From NCBI GenBank assembly GCA_023382455.1, contig JAHDVX010000005.1, forward strand, positions 133,861 through 197,860: a stretch of DNA of 64,000 nucleotides, in the 5' to 3' direction. Source of the DNA: Flavobacteriales bacterium (GTDB lineage: Bacteria; Bacteroidota; Bacteroidia; Flavobacteriales_F; PHOS-HE28). This document shows positions 28,271 through 38,163 of the stretch, piece by piece. How positions within the stretch are numbered: the first letter of the stretch is position 1; every line of letters begins with the position of its first letter. Both the position numbers and the translations under genes were made by a program. The notes under the pieces were generated by a model. That model saw only the letters and a program-made list of their open reading frames with translations, was not told the DNA's origin and ran no database searches.

Positions 28271-29749
28271 CTAACGCCCGTGCTCCTTCACGTACCGCTC
28301 CAACTGCTCCAGCAGGATGTCCACCTCGCGCTTGTGCGTGCGGAAGGACAGCACCGCCAGGCGAAGCCAGAATTGCCCGTGGAGCAGGGTGGTGGAGATG
28401 AAGACGCGGCCTTCCTGCTGCACCGCGTGCGCCATGGCCTTGTTGAAGGCGTCGGCATCGCCGCTGGCCGGCACGTAGCGGTAGGCCATCACCGATAGGT
28501 CGGGCGCTGGGGTGGTCTCAAAGCCGAGCTGTGCGATCCGGTGATGGAAATAGCGGGTGAGCCACAACTTCTCTTCCAGCGCGGCGCGGAAGGGCGTGAT
28601 GCCGTGCAGCTTCAGCGGCAGCCACATGCGCATGCCGCGGAAATGCTTGCTCAGCTCGGGCGAGAGCTCGGCCGGGGAGTGCTCCAGCGTCTGCTCCTGC
28701 GCATCCTGCATGTAGTTGGCCTCGTAGCTGTGGGCCTGCAGCAGGTGCCGCACGTCCTTCACCAGCACGATGCCCGTGCCGTAGGGCAGGAAGAGCCCCT
28801 TGTGCGGGTCCATCACCACGGAATCGGCGCGGTGGATGCCGGCCATCATGTGCATGCCGTGTTCCGTGAGCAGGAAGTAGCCTCCATAGGCCGCGTCCAC
28901 GTGCATCCACAGCTTGTGTTGCGCGGCCAAGTCGGCCAAGGTGTTCAGCGGATCCACGGCGCCCACATCGGTGGAGCCGGCATTGGCAATGAGCAGGAAG
29001 GGGTGCAGCCCGGCCGCCTTGTCAGCTTCCACCTGCGCTTGCAGGGCCTCGGGGTCCATGCGGAAACGGGCATCCACCGGCACCTTGCGCACGATGCACT
29101 CACCCAGTCCCGTGATGCGCAGCCCTTTGCCCAGGCTGTGGTGCGCCTGGTCCGATAGGTAGACCACGGTGCGCTCCAGGTCCCTGCCCTTGATGCCCTT
29201 GGCCGCCCGCGCCGTGGCGATGGCGATCAGGTTGGCCAGGCTGCCGCCCGAGGCCATCACCCCGCCGAAGCCTTTGCCGTAGCCCACCAATTGGCCGCTC
29301 CATTGCACCATGGCGTTTTCCATCCGCACCGCCCCCGGTGAGGCGTAGAAGGTGCCCGCATAGCGGTTGGTGATCCCCGCCAGGTAATCGCCCAGTGCCG
29401 CTTCAGGGATGCCCCCGCCCGGTATGTAGCCCAAGTGCCCGCCCGAGGCCGGGTTCAGGCCGGTGGTGTCCACCCGTTCCCGGATGAAGGTGAGCATACC
29501 CGCAATATCGCCCGGGGTTTCCTCCAGCTCGAAGCCGCGATCCGCCGGCGTACGCTCGTAGCCGGAAGCCTCGAAAGCCTTGCGATCGGGCATGGCCCCG
29601 ATGAACTCGCTTGCGTAGTGCGTCACCGCCTCCAACACCTTGGCCCGTTCACCGGGCGGCATTTCCAGCTTCCGGGCCGTACATTCACTTTCCTCCAGTT
29701 GCTGAAGGATCCGCTGCAATTCCCGGTCAGTGCCCACTAGTTCCAGCAT
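28271..29749 (-). CDS. pyridoxal-dependent (group II, aromatic-L-amino-acid-type) decarboxylase
   Basis: MHVDAAYGG and SLNPHKGLF-like PLP-lysine region (MDPHKGLFLPYGTG). 492 aa. Confidence 0.8.
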   Translation of the reverse strand: MLELVGTDRELQRILQQLEESECTARKLEMPPGERAKVLEAVTHYASEFIGAMPDRKAFEASGYERTPADRGFELEETPGDIAGMLTFIRERVDTTGLNPASGGHLGYIPGGGIPEAALGDYLAGITNRYAGTFYASPGAVRMENAMVQWSGQLVGYGKGFGGVMASGGSLANLIAIATARAAKGIKGRDLERTVVYLSDQAHHSLGKGLRITGLGECIVRKVPVDARFRMDPEALQAQVEADKAAGLHPFLLIANAGSTDVGAVDPLNTLADLAAQHKLWMHVDAAYGGYFLLTEHGMHMMAGIHRADSVVMDPHKGLFLPYGTGIVLVKDVRHLLQAHSYEANYMQDAQEQTLEHSPAELSPELSKHFRGMRMWLPLKLHGITPFRAALEEKLWLTRYFHHRIAQLGFETTPAPDLSVMAYRYVPASGDADAFNKAMAHAVQQEGRVFISTTLLHGQFWLRLAVLSFRTHKREVDILLEQLERYVKEHGR

Positions 29750-29766
29750 GGCGCAAAGATGCGCGC

Positions 29767-30432
29767 TCAGAACTGCACGTCGATCATGCTTTCGCTGGCA
29801 CCCAGTTCCACCAGGGCGTTCTTTACGGCCTTCACGAAGCCTTCCGGACCGCAGGTGTAGAACGGCTGGTTGAAGTTGGTGATGTGCTTCTTCAGGAAGT
29901 CCGCGCTAATGATCCCGTTCAAGTAGCCCGCTGCGTTCTCATTGCTGAGCACGGCCTGGAAGTTGTCGCCCAGCAAGCTCTTGAACTCATCTTCCATGAA
30001 CACGTCGGCCTTGGTCTTGTTGAAGTGGAACAGCGAGTTGCCGGCCAAAGTGCCGTCCACCTTCTTCTGGCGCAGGATGGCGATGAACGGGGTGACGCCC
30101 GTGCCACCCGCGATGAACACGCCCGGGCCTTTCAGCGCCACGGTGTCGAACGGCTCGCTGATGATCACCTCGTCGCCCTCCTTGAGCGTGGCCACCTGCT
30201 CGGTCATACCGTGGTGCGCGGGATAGCACTTGATCGTCAGTTGAAGGAAAGGGTCCGAGTTCAGGCCGGTAAAGGTGAATGCGGACACCTTGTCCTTTAC
30301 CTCGGGGCGGTTCAGCTTGAAGTCGATGGCTTGGCCGGCGCTGAAGAAGTAGTCTTTGGGGCGGTCCAGGGTGAGCCGGACCACATCGTGCGTGAGTTGT
30401 TCCTTTTTTCGGATCTTGACGGGAATGTCCAT
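29767..30432 (-). CDS. FAD-binding oxidoreductase (ferredoxin-NADP reductase-like)
   Basis: GVFIAGGTGVTPF NAD(P)-binding motif; FNR-like fold length. Confidence 0.75.
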   Translation of the reverse strand: MDIPVKIRKKEQLTHDVVRLTLDRPKDYFFSAGQAIDFKLNRPEVKDKVSAFTFTGLNSDPFLQLTIKCYPAHHGMTEQVATLKEGDEVIISEPFDTVALKGPGVFIAGGTGVTPFIAILRQKKVDGTLAGNSLFHFNKTKADVFMEDEFKSLLGDNFQAVLSNENAAGYLNGIISADFLKKHITNFNQPFYTCGPEGFVKAVKNALVELGASESMIDVQF

Positions 30433-30643
30433 GATGGGCTTATTGGTTGTTGGATGGGTTCAATGAGGCCTTCGCAGGGAACACTTGAGCGGCCTTGGCG
30501 GTTCAGCGGCCGGACGTGATCGCCTGCTTCCCCCATGGGATGCACGAAGATCGGAATGGTTACGGATCTTGTAACCTTGGGTCCACGGGTGTATCCAATG
30601 GGTGACACCGGAGCGGAAGCAAACCCCAAGCCGAACAGCAGAC

Positions 30644-31309
30644 ATGGAAGCATTGCGAATGAACATACCGGGGCCGACAGGCCTGCCGGACCAGGAGGTG
30701 GTGGAACGGGTGAGGAGCGGGGAGAAGGGCTTGTATGAGATCTTGATGCGGCGCTACAACCAGACGCTGTACCGGGCGGTGCGCAGCTATCTGCGGGATG
30801 GGGACGACGTGCAGGACGCGATGCAGGAGGCCTATGTGAAGGCCTACACGAAGCTGGACCAGTTCAAGGGGGATTCGGCCTTCTCCACGTGGCTGGTGCG
30901 CATAGGCATCAACGAAGCCTTGCAGGTGTTGCGCAAGCAGCGCACGATGCACATTTACACGGATCCCGGCCAGCGGGCCGAAGGATTGACACAACTACCG
31001 GACACCGGACAGATGAACCCTGAACAACGAACCATTCGGGACGAGCACAGGCGGCTCCTGGAGCAGGCGGTGGACCGGTTGCCCGACGGCTACCGCGCGG
31101 TGTACATGCTGCGCGAGGTGGAGGAAATGAGCGTGGCCGAGGTGTCCCAGGTGTTGGGCATCACCGAGTCCAACGTGAAGGTGCGCCTGCACCGCGCCAA
31201 GATCATGGTGAAGGATGCCCTGCTCAGCGCACACCAGGCGGGGGCGGCCTTCGAATTCGGCAATGCCCATTGCGATGCCTTGGTGGCGGCCGTGATGGCG
31301 CGGATCTGA
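30644..31309 (+). CDS. ECF-subfamily RNA polymerase sigma-70 factor
   Basis: Region 2 (YNQTLYRAVRSYLRD...DAMQEAYVKAY) and region 4 (MSVAEVSQVLGITESNVKVRLHRAK). ATG at 30644; the track start is GTG at 30602. Confidence 0.8.
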   Translation: MEALRMNIPGPTGLPDQEVVERVRSGEKGLYEILMRRYNQTLYRAVRSYLRDGDDVQDAMQEAYVKAYTKLDQFKGDSAFSTWLVRIGINEALQVLRKQRTMHIYTDPGQRAEGLTQLPDTGQMNPEQRTIRDEHRRLLEQAVDRLPDGYRAVYMLREVEEMSVAEVSQVLGITESNVKVRLHRAKIMVKDALLSAHQAGAAFEFGNAHCDALVAAVMARI

Positions 31310-31319
31310 GGGCGGTTGC

Positions 31320-32084
31320 TCACCCCTTGCGGGCGGCTTGCCAGATGCGCCAGGCCTCATCGGCCTGCACACGCAGCATGCCGGCCCCGCCGATGGCCTT
31401 GGCGCCGCGCTCCAGGCCGTGTTTCAGGAAGAGCGTCTCCTCCGGATTGTACACCAGGTCGATCAGGGTGTGCTGCGGGGTGAGCGCCGAGTAGGGCAGG
31501 GGTGGTGCGTCATGCACGTCGGGGTACATGCCGAGCGGCGTGGTGTTCACCACCAGCCGGCAAACGCGCAGGATGACGGGGTCGATCAGGTCCCAGGTGA
31601 GGTCGCCCCGGTTGCGGCTGCGGCTGACAATGCGGAAGCGGATGCCGGCCTCGCGCAGCACGTACGCCACGGCCCGGCTGGCCCCGCCGCTGCCGAGCAC
31701 CAGGGCCCTCGGCCGAATGGCGCTGCCCGGCTTGTCCAGGGCCCGTGCCGCCCGCGCCAGCAGCGACCGGAAACCCGCCACGTCGGTGTTGTGCCCTTGG
31801 GTGCGGCCGTCCTTCACCACTATGGTGTTCACCGCGCCCACTGCGGCCGCCAACGGGTCCAGTTCATCCAGGAAGGGGATCACCGCCTCCTTGTACGGCA
31901 CCGTCACGTTCAGGCCATGCAGGCCCGGCGTACGGCGCAGCAGGTCCGGGAGCGCCTCGATCTCCGGCAGCTCGTACAGGTCATAGCGGTGGTCCTTCAG
32001 CCCCGCCTTGCGGAAGACGGCCGTAAAGTGCTTCTTGCTGAAGCTGTGGCCCAGCTTGCGCCCGATCAGGCCGTAGCGATGCAT
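31320..32084 (-). CDS. aroE: shikimate 5-dehydrogenase
   Basis: MHRYGLIGRKLGHSFSKKHF N-terminus, VLGSGGASRAV NADP site. 254 aa. Confidence 0.85.
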   Translation of the reverse strand: MHRYGLIGRKLGHSFSKKHFTAVFRKAGLKDHRYDLYELPEIEALPDLLRRTPGLHGLNVTVPYKEAVIPFLDELDPLAAAVGAVNTIVVKDGRTQGHNTDVAGFRSLLARAARALDKPGSAIRPRALVLGSGGASRAVAYVLREAGIRFRIVSRSRNRGDLTWDLIDPVILRVCRLVVNTTPLGMYPDVHDAPPLPYSALTPQHTLIDLVYNPEETLFLKHGLERGAKAIGGAGMLRVQADEAWRIWQAARKG

Positions 32085-32147
32085 GTACGAAAGTTAGCCC
32101 GGGATGTGATCGGGATCGGGTTGAACGTGGAGGAACGATGGCGAAAA

Positions 32148-32192
32148 GGTGATCGGTGAATGGTGGTCGGGGATCATCATTCACCGATCACC
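32148..32192 (-). terminator. intrinsic terminator of the DedA gene: perfect 15-bp inverted repeat (GGTGATCGGTGAATG ... CATTCACCGATCACC), 15-nt loop, followed on the minus-strand transcript by UUUU
   Basis: Seen directly; lies between the DedA stop (32212) and the aroE start (32084). Confidence 0.6.
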
Positions 32193-32211
32193 ACTTACCG
32201 ATCAGCAATTT

Positions 32212-32874
32212 TCACTGCGCAGCAGCCTTCCCCCCGAACCGCATCCGCGCGAACTCGATCAGCATGGGCAGCACCGAGATGAACACGATGGCCAGGATCA
32301 CCATCTCGTAGTTCTTCTGCACGAAGGGATGCTGGCCGAACAGGTAACCGGCCAGGGTGAGCAGGGTGATCCACAGGATGCCCCCCGCGATGTCGAAAGG
32401 AAGGAACTTGCGGCGGTAGTCCATGCGGCCCACCCCCGCCACGAACGGGGTGATGGTGCGCACAATGGGCACGAACCGTGCGATGATGATGGTGCGCACG
32501 CCGTATTTGGCGAAGTAGCCCTGGGTCTTCGCCAGGTCCTTTTCCCGCACCAGCCGCTTGCCGAACAGGGTCCATTGGGTGACGCGTTCGCCGAAATAGC
32601 GGCCCACCCAGTAGTTGATGTTGTCGCCCAGGATGGCGGCCGGGATCAACAGCGCCAGCAGCAAGGAAAGCTCCAGGGAGCCCAGCGCGGCCAGCGAACC
32701 GGCCACGAACAGCAGGGAATCACCGGGCAGGAAGGGCATCACCACCAGGCCGGTCTCCACGAAAATGATGGCGAAGAGCAGGAGGTAGATCAGGTTGCCG
32801 TGGTCCTGGATGAACGCGGGCAGTGTCTCGTTCAAGTGGGTGATGAAGTGCCAGAAGGAGAGAATGAGATCCAT
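32212..32874 (-). CDS. DedA/VTT-domain membrane protein
   Basis: FVETGLVVMPFLPGDSLLF and GRYFG DedA signature. Confidence 0.85.
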   Translation of the reverse strand: MDLILSFWHFITHLNETLPAFIQDHGNLIYLLLFAIIFVETGLVVMPFLPGDSLLFVAGSLAALGSLELSLLLALLIPAAILGDNINYWVGRYFGERVTQWTLFGKRLVREKDLAKTQGYFAKYGVRTIIIARFVPIVRTITPFVAGVGRMDYRRKFLPFDIAGGILWITLLTLAGYLFGQHPFVQKNYEMVILAIVFISVLPMLIEFARMRFGGKAAAQ

Positions 32875-32993
32875 GCAGGGGGGAATTCAAGGGGCGGTGA
32901 TCGGACGAAGTTGCGGGAATGAAAAGGTGAACGCGATGATGGGTAACCCTTCCGGGTGTTGTACGAGCCTGGGTGGTGGGGAAAGCCTTCAGG

Positions 32994-33311
32994 TCAATCG
33001 CAGTGCAGGCTTTGGTCCACTTCGGCCTGCCAGGCCAGGATGCCGCCTTGCAGGTGCATCAGGTTGGTGAAGCCGTAGCGCGTGGAGAGGGTGTCCACCA
33101 CGGCACAGCTGCGCGAACCGCTGCGGCAATGCACCACCACCGGCCGGTCCTTGGGGATGTCGGCCAAGTGGTCCATCAACTGGCTCATCGGCATCGGCTT
33201 GCCGCCCATGGAGCACATTTCCGTTTCATAGGGCTCGCGCACGTCGATCAGCTCGAACGCCACGTCCTGCTCCCGGAACTTGCGCAGCTCCTGTACCGTG
33301 ATCAGCTTCAT
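32994..33311 (-). CDS. rhodanese-like single-domain sulfurtransferase
   Basis: VVVHCRSGSRS active-site Cys loop; 105 aa. Confidence 0.8.
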   Translation of the reverse strand: MKLITVQELRKFREQDVAFELIDVREPYETEMCSMGGKPMPMSQLMDHLADIPKDRPVVVHCRSGSRSCAVVDTLSTRYGFTNLMHLQGGILAWQAEVDQSLHCD

Positions 33312-34162
33312 TTTGCCTTTGCCTTCTCGGTGGCGTGTTCAGCCTCCTTGCCCGATCCCATGGGCTTTTCCTGCTTCACCTGGCGAAGGCCTTCGGCCAT
33401 GGCTTGGGGCAGGTACTCGAAGAAGGTGTCGCCCCGCAGGCCCAGACGCAACGCCTCCAGCGCGATCACTTCGTCCGGGGCCACGTTGCCCAGGTTCACG
33501 TTGGGGCCCACCTGCTTGATGAACCAGGTCTGCTGGCTCTTGATCGGGGCTTCCCAGATGATGTCCTTGCCCGGTACCTTGGCCATGATGCGGTTCACCA
33601 GGGTGGTATGGGCGTGGCCGCTGGGCCGGTAGATGCCCACGGTGCCGCTTTCACGGGCCTCGGCGATCACCTTCCAGCTGCCGGCGTCCAGTTCGGCGTT
33701 CATCATGCGCACCCACCGGGCGGGGCTGATCAGGATCCCCGTTTCCTTGCTGCCCACCTCGCTCAGCACCGTGCGGTCGCGGGCCAAGGTGTTGATGAAG
33801 CCGAGCTTCTGGTCGTGTTTCAGGTCGATGGACCCGTCGGAAACTTCCACGGTATCGAGCTTCAGGGTGTCCAGCAGTTTGCGGTAGTCGTCGAACTGGC
33901 CGCGTGCAACGAAGGCCTCGAACAGGGTGCCGCCGAGGTAGACCTTGATGCCGGCGCTCTGGTAAAGCGCGATCTTTTCCTTCAGTTTGGGGGTGGTGTA
34001 GCTGGTGCCGAAGCCCAGCTTCACCAGGTCGGCCAAGTGGCCGGCCCCATCGATCAGGTCCTCGGCCTGGCGCAGGCTCAAGCCCTTGTCCATCACCATG
34101 GTGAGCCCTTCCTCCCGGGGCTTTTTCGTTCGTGCGGGGATATGGTCAAGCCGGAAGTTCAT
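33308..34162 (-). CDS. comA: phosphosulfolactate synthase (ComA) family protein
   Basis: MNFRLDHIPARTKKPREEGLTMVMDKG N-terminus and (2R)-phospho-3-sulfolactate synthase-like pattern. 4-nt overlaps with both neighbours. Confidence 0.65.
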   Translation of the reverse strand: MNFRLDHIPARTKKPREEGLTMVMDKGLSLRQAEDLIDGAGHLADLVKLGFGTSYTTPKLKEKIALYQSAGIKVYLGGTLFEAFVARGQFDDYRKLLDTLKLDTVEVSDGSIDLKHDQKLGFINTLARDRTVLSEVGSKETGILISPARWVRMMNAELDAGSWKVIAEARESGTVGIYRPSGHAHTTLVNRIMAKVPGKDIIWEAPIKSQQTWFIKQVGPNVNLGNVAPDEVIALEALRLGLRGDTFFEYLPQAMAEGLRQVKQEKPMGSGKEAEHATEKAKAK

Positions 34163-35571
34163 CGGCGGTAAAGCTCAATTAGGTGGGCCACCAGGGGCAG
34201 TTTGGCCGCATCAGGCCAGTACTCCAGCAGTTGGCTATGTGCCGCGTGGTCGGTGGTGAGCGCCTCCTCCAGCTCCAGCAGGGCCTGCTGCTCACGCCCG
34301 GAGCGGAAGAGATAGCAGACCAGCCTATAGCGGTAGCGCACATCCAGCTTATGGACTTGGGCCGCTTCCTGGAATTTTGCCAACGCCGCGTCCGGACCTT
34401 TCAATTCAAGCAGCAGGTCGGCGTGGTCCATCCAGCCGTCCAGGTTGCCGGGTTCCAGTTGGTTCAGTTTGTCGTAGGCTGCCAGGGCCTCCTCGTACCG
34501 GCTCGCCCGGGCCAGGACGGCCGCGTAGTAATACAGCGCATCGGGATTCTCCGGGTGCAGCCGCACGGCATGCAGCAGCGCGGTCAATGCCTCGCCGGTC
34601 TTTCCCTGCATGTCCTTCACCACGCCCCGGCCGATCCAGGCATCCACCCATTCGGGGTCCAGCGCGATGGCCTGGTCGTAGCTGATCAGCGCCTGCTCCA
34701 GGTGCTCCATCTTCTCGTAGCATTCGCCGATGAAGCTGTAGGTGATGGCCTGCGGGCCATCGAAGGTGAGCGTTTCCTCGTAGCAGGCGATCGCCTCCCG
34801 GTAGCGTGCCGCGATCAGCAGGTTGCGTGCCTTGCTGAACCAGGCCGAGCTGAACCGCTCGTCGATGGCGATGGCCAGGTCCAGCGCCTCGTTGCTTTCA
34901 TCATAGCGCTCCAGCTTGGCCAGCACGTTGCCCAGACTGTACCAGGCCACGCTGGAATAGGGCTGGTCGTCGGTGAACTGCCGGAAGAAGCTGATGCTGG
35001 CCTCGTCGGCACCGGCCAGGTCGTAGCAGAAGGCCAGCTCATAGAGCACCGCCTCGTTCTCCGGGTTCAGCTCCAGCGCATTCTTCAGGCACTCGATGGC
35101 CGATTCGTAGTCCTCCAGGTTCTCATACTCGAAGGCCAGGTCGAGGTAGATCTCGTCCAAGCCTTCCTCGGCCAGTTCCAGGGCCCGCTTGTAGTGCTCC
35201 ACCGAGCGGCGGTGGTTGCGCTGCTGGCTGAAGATGCCCGCCTTGTTCAACTGCACCTCCTCGTTGTACGGCTCCACCTTTTCGATGGCGTCCAGCAGTT
35301 CCAAGGCCTTGCCCAAGCGGCCCAGGGCCATCATCACCACCGCCTCGCAGAAGGTGATGTCCGTGGAGGCCGGATGCAGCTTCTTGGCGAACACCAGCAC
35401 CCGCTCCGCACGCTTCGGTTCGTTCTTCTCCAAGTAATGGTCCACGATCATCTCGATCTCCTCCACATCGAAGAAGGCCTGGTCGTGGGCGGCCTCCATG
35501 GCTTCGTAGCGCCTTACGCACTGCTCCTGGTCGGCATTGTGCTCGGGCACGTTTCGCGGGGCTTCGCTCAT
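34159..35571 (-). CDS. tetratricopeptide repeat protein
   Basis: Multiple TPR units throughout; ATG at 35571. Confidence 0.75.
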   Translation of the reverse strand: MSEAPRNVPEHNADQEQCVRRYEAMEAAHDQAFFDVEEIEMIVDHYLEKNEPKRAERVLVFAKKLHPASTDITFCEAVVMMALGRLGKALELLDAIEKVEPYNEEVQLNKAGIFSQQRNHRRSVEHYKRALELAEEGLDEIYLDLAFEYENLEDYESAIECLKNALELNPENEAVLYELAFCYDLAGADEASISFFRQFTDDQPYSSVAWYSLGNVLAKLERYDESNEALDLAIAIDERFSSAWFSKARNLLIAARYREAIACYEETLTFDGPQAITYSFIGECYEKMEHLEQALISYDQAIALDPEWVDAWIGRGVVKDMQGKTGEALTALLHAVRLHPENPDALYYYAAVLARASRYEEALAAYDKLNQLEPGNLDGWMDHADLLLELKGPDAALAKFQEAAQVHKLDVRYRYRLVCYLFRSGREQQALLELEEALTTDHAAHSQLLEYWPDAAKLPLVAHLIELYRR

Positions 35572-35692
35572 ATGGTCAACCGGTAAGGTTGCCCCAAAGG
35601 TAGAAAAGCACGCGCCGACACGCCCCGGGTCCGCCCCGGTTGTGAACAATGGGCGGTGCACCCTTTTTGCTCCAACTGCTTGATGCTCTCGG

Positions 35693-35700
35693 TACTTTTG
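35693..35700 (+). promoter_or_regulatory. TACTTTTG -7 box (perfect TAnnTTTG) ~57 nt upstream of the glmM ATG
   Basis: Seen directly in the TPR/glmM divergent intergenic region. Confidence 0.4.
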
Positions 35701-35757
35701 CAGCCCTTCATCCCGGGTCCGGCACGGGGTGGCAATCTCCCCGAAGCGACAAATACC

Positions 35758-37149
35758 ATGACCTTGATCCGTTCCATTTCCGGCATCCGCGGCACCATCG
35801 GCGGAAAGCCCGGCGAAGGCCTTTCACCGATCGATGTGGTGCGCTACACCGCCGCCTTCGGCCAGATCATGAAGCAGCAGGCGGCAAAGGACCGCCCCAA
35901 GGTGGTGGTGGGCCGCGATGCCCGCCCCAGCGGCCCCATGGTGGCCGACCTGGTGCGCGGCACGTTGGTCGGCCTCGGCTTTGAAGTGATCGACCTCGGG
36001 CTGGCCACCACCCCCACCACCGAGATGGCCGTGGCCGGGGAGAAAGCCGATGCCGGCATCATCCTCACCGCCAGCCACAACCCCAAGCAGTGGAATGCCC
36101 TGAAGCTGCTCAACGCCAAGGGGGAGTTCATCAGCGCGGAGCTGGGGGCCGAAGTGCTCCGCTTGGCGGAGCGCGAGGAGTTTGCCTTCGCACCGGTGGA
36201 TGACCTGGGCACTGTGCGCGTGGATGAAAGCTGGACCGACAAGCACATCGCGGCCATCCTTGCACTGGACCTGGTGGATGTGCAGGCCATCCGGGCCAGT
36301 AGATTCAAGGTGGCCGTGGATGCCGTGAACTCCGTGGGCGGCATCGCCGTGCCCAAGCTGCTGAAGGCCCTGGGCGTGGCCGAGGTGGTGGAGGTGAACT
36401 GCACGCCCGATGGCCAATTCGCACATAACCCGGAGCCGCTGCCGGCCCACCTCGCCGACCTCAGTGCGGCCGTAGCGAAGGAGAAGGCCGATCTCGGCAT
36501 CTCCGTGGATCCCGACGTGGACCGCTTGGCGCTGGTCTGCGAGGACGGCTCCTTCTTCGGCGAGGAATACACCTTGGTGGCCTGCGCCGATCACGTGTTG
36601 GCCCACCGGCCCGGCGACACCGTGAGCAACCTGAGCAGCAGCCGCGCCCTGGACGATGTGGCCGCACGCCATGGCCGCAAGCGCCACGCCAGCGCCGTGG
36701 GCGAGGTGAACGTGGTGGAGCTGATGCGCCAAGTGAACGCGCCGATCGGCGGCGAAGGTAACGGCGGGGTGATCCTCAGCGAGCTGCACTACGGCCGCGA
36801 TGCGCTCGTGGGCATCGCGCTCTTTCTCACCCTGCTCGCCAAGAAGGGCATGAAGACCAGCGCACTGCGGAAGAGCTATCCGGACTATTTCATCAGCAAA
36901 AACAAGATCGAACTGAGCCCAGGAATGGATGTGCAAGCATTGGTGGATGCCATGCAGCAACGCCACAAAAACCAGCCCCACAGCACCGTGGACGGCCTCC
37001 GCATCGAGTTCGGCAAGGAATGGGTGCACCTGCGCAAGAGCAACACCGAGCCTATCATCCGCATCTATGCCGAAAGCGCTTCCAAGGAAAGCGCCGATGC
37101 ACTGGCGGAGCGAATCATGGCGGAGATGAAGGAGTTGGTGGTGGCGTAA
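35758..37149 (+). CDS. glmM: phosphoglucosamine mutase / phosphomannomutase family
   Basis: SISGIRG, TASHNP phosphoserine loop, GEGNGG sugar-binding motif. 463 aa. Confidence 0.85.
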   Translation: MTLIRSISGIRGTIGGKPGEGLSPIDVVRYTAAFGQIMKQQAAKDRPKVVVGRDARPSGPMVADLVRGTLVGLGFEVIDLGLATTPTTEMAVAGEKADAGIILTASHNPKQWNALKLLNAKGEFISAELGAEVLRLAEREEFAFAPVDDLGTVRVDESWTDKHIAAILALDLVDVQAIRASRFKVAVDAVNSVGGIAVPKLLKALGVAEVVEVNCTPDGQFAHNPEPLPAHLADLSAAVAKEKADLGISVDPDVDRLALVCEDGSFFGEEYTLVACADHVLAHRPGDTVSNLSSSRALDDVAARHGRKRHASAVGEVNVVELMRQVNAPIGGEGNGGVILSELHYGRDALVGIALFLTLLAKKGMKTSALRKSYPDYFISKNKIELSPGMDVQALVDAMQQRHKNQPHSTVDGLRIEFGKEWVHLRKSNTEPIIRIYAESASKESADALAERIMAEMKELVVA

Positions 37150-37985
37150 ATCGAATCGTCCATTAAATTGATTGGTACGAAGGTGACCTCATACGAGGTA
37201 TATTATACAATGAAGAGGCTTTGTTACTTAAATGACATTCTTTTCATTCCGAATATACGAGCTAAGCCATGGAATGTAGCCCTGACTAACTAATTTCAAT
37301 CGGTTATTTGACTTGCTCCGTACATTATCAAGCACCCAAGCAGTAAACCTTTTTGTCTCTTCAAGTGTAGTATCGTCCTTATCGCAAAACATCCAAGTGT
37401 TATTTTTTTTCCATATTATCCAGCTGTATTTCTGTACATGACATATAGCTTGTATGTGATTTATATTTTTTGATAGCCATGACTTGTCATGACCATTTTT
37501 CAATTCGGATATGCGATTTCCAGTAAAGCCGATTATGCCCTTTAAGACACTTATATCGCTTTTTAATCTTTTACTCTTATTCATGACTGAATCGAAATGT
37601 TTGAATTTTTCTTCTGTATCTTCTATTGATTTCTTGGTTAATGATGACTTCACCTCAATAACTGCCAGTACACTTTCATATGGAAAAACACCTAATCCAC
37701 TATTCTTAATTATCGGCGGTAAAATGCGATTATCCGTAATTATTATGTCCATCTGGTGACTTTGATTTCCATAAGCGTCCACGACTATTCCTGTTCCTAT
37801 GTCAAATTGGCTTGTTAAGTAGTTTGATAATAATTCACTTGTAAACAATTCTCTAAGTTCGCCCTTTGTTAGTTTGTGATTGAGCTTGGTTAATGATAAT
37901 ACGCGCTCATAAAAGCCCTTGAATTGGGCACTTGCATAGTCTTTAATCAACGTGCTATTGGTCATTCTGAGCAACAGTTAAGATT
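37150..37985. mobile_element. AT-rich (~36% GC) ~0.8-kb foreign insertion between glmM and the parDE module, carrying a single gene
   Basis: Abrupt GC drop from ~65% to ~36% at both edges. The right edge falls inside the parE coding region. Confidence 0.7.
37228..37974 (-). CDS. hypothetical PD-(D/E)xK nuclease-like protein (248 aa) on the AT-rich insertion
   Basis: QMDIIITD ... x30 ... VLAVIEVKSSL fits a D...(D/E)xK restriction-endonuclease-fold core. AT-rich codon usage is foreign to this genome. Confidence 0.5.
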   Translation of the reverse strand: MLRMTNSTLIKDYASAQFKGFYERVLSLTKLNHKLTKGELRELFTSELLSNYLTSQFDIGTGIVVDAYGNQSHQMDIIITDNRILPPIIKNSGLGVFPYESVLAVIEVKSSLTKKSIEDTEEKFKHFDSVMNKSKRLKSDISVLKGIIGFTGNRISELKNGHDKSWLSKNINHIQAICHVQKYSWIIWKKNNTWMFCDKDDTTLEETKRFTAWVLDNVRSKSNNRLKLVSQGYIPWLSSYIRNEKNVI

Positions 37986-38163
37986 TTGCTGATTCGTAGT
38001 TCATCCCGGAAGGCGGTGTGTTAGCGGCTTCCTGGCAGCCATGGATCAAAAGCCTGTAATAGGTCTCAGCCTGTTGCTCGGACCATCGCTTGATCGTGTA
38101 GGCCCAAATTAAGTTCAGTTCAGCAATGGCCTTGCGGCTCAGGACGAACCTGCGGTTAGCCAT
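37978..38163 (-). pseudogene. parE: C-terminally truncated ParE/RelE-family toxin (61 of ~95-100 aa)
   Basis: LSRKAIAELNLIWAYTIKRWSEQQAETYYRLLIHGCQEAANTPPSGMNYESAKS matches the ParE N-terminal two-thirds. The ORF terminates exactly where the AT-rich DNA begins, and the expected C-terminal beta-sheet region is absent. Confidence 0.6.

Noticed and set aside
35656-35757. Track ORF start for glmM at 35656 (also 26515 for mnmE, 13511 for uvrB, 6357 for M16)
   Set aside because: The true N-termini are recognisable from family-conserved motifs at internal ATGs. The upstream extensions run through intergenic or promoter DNA.
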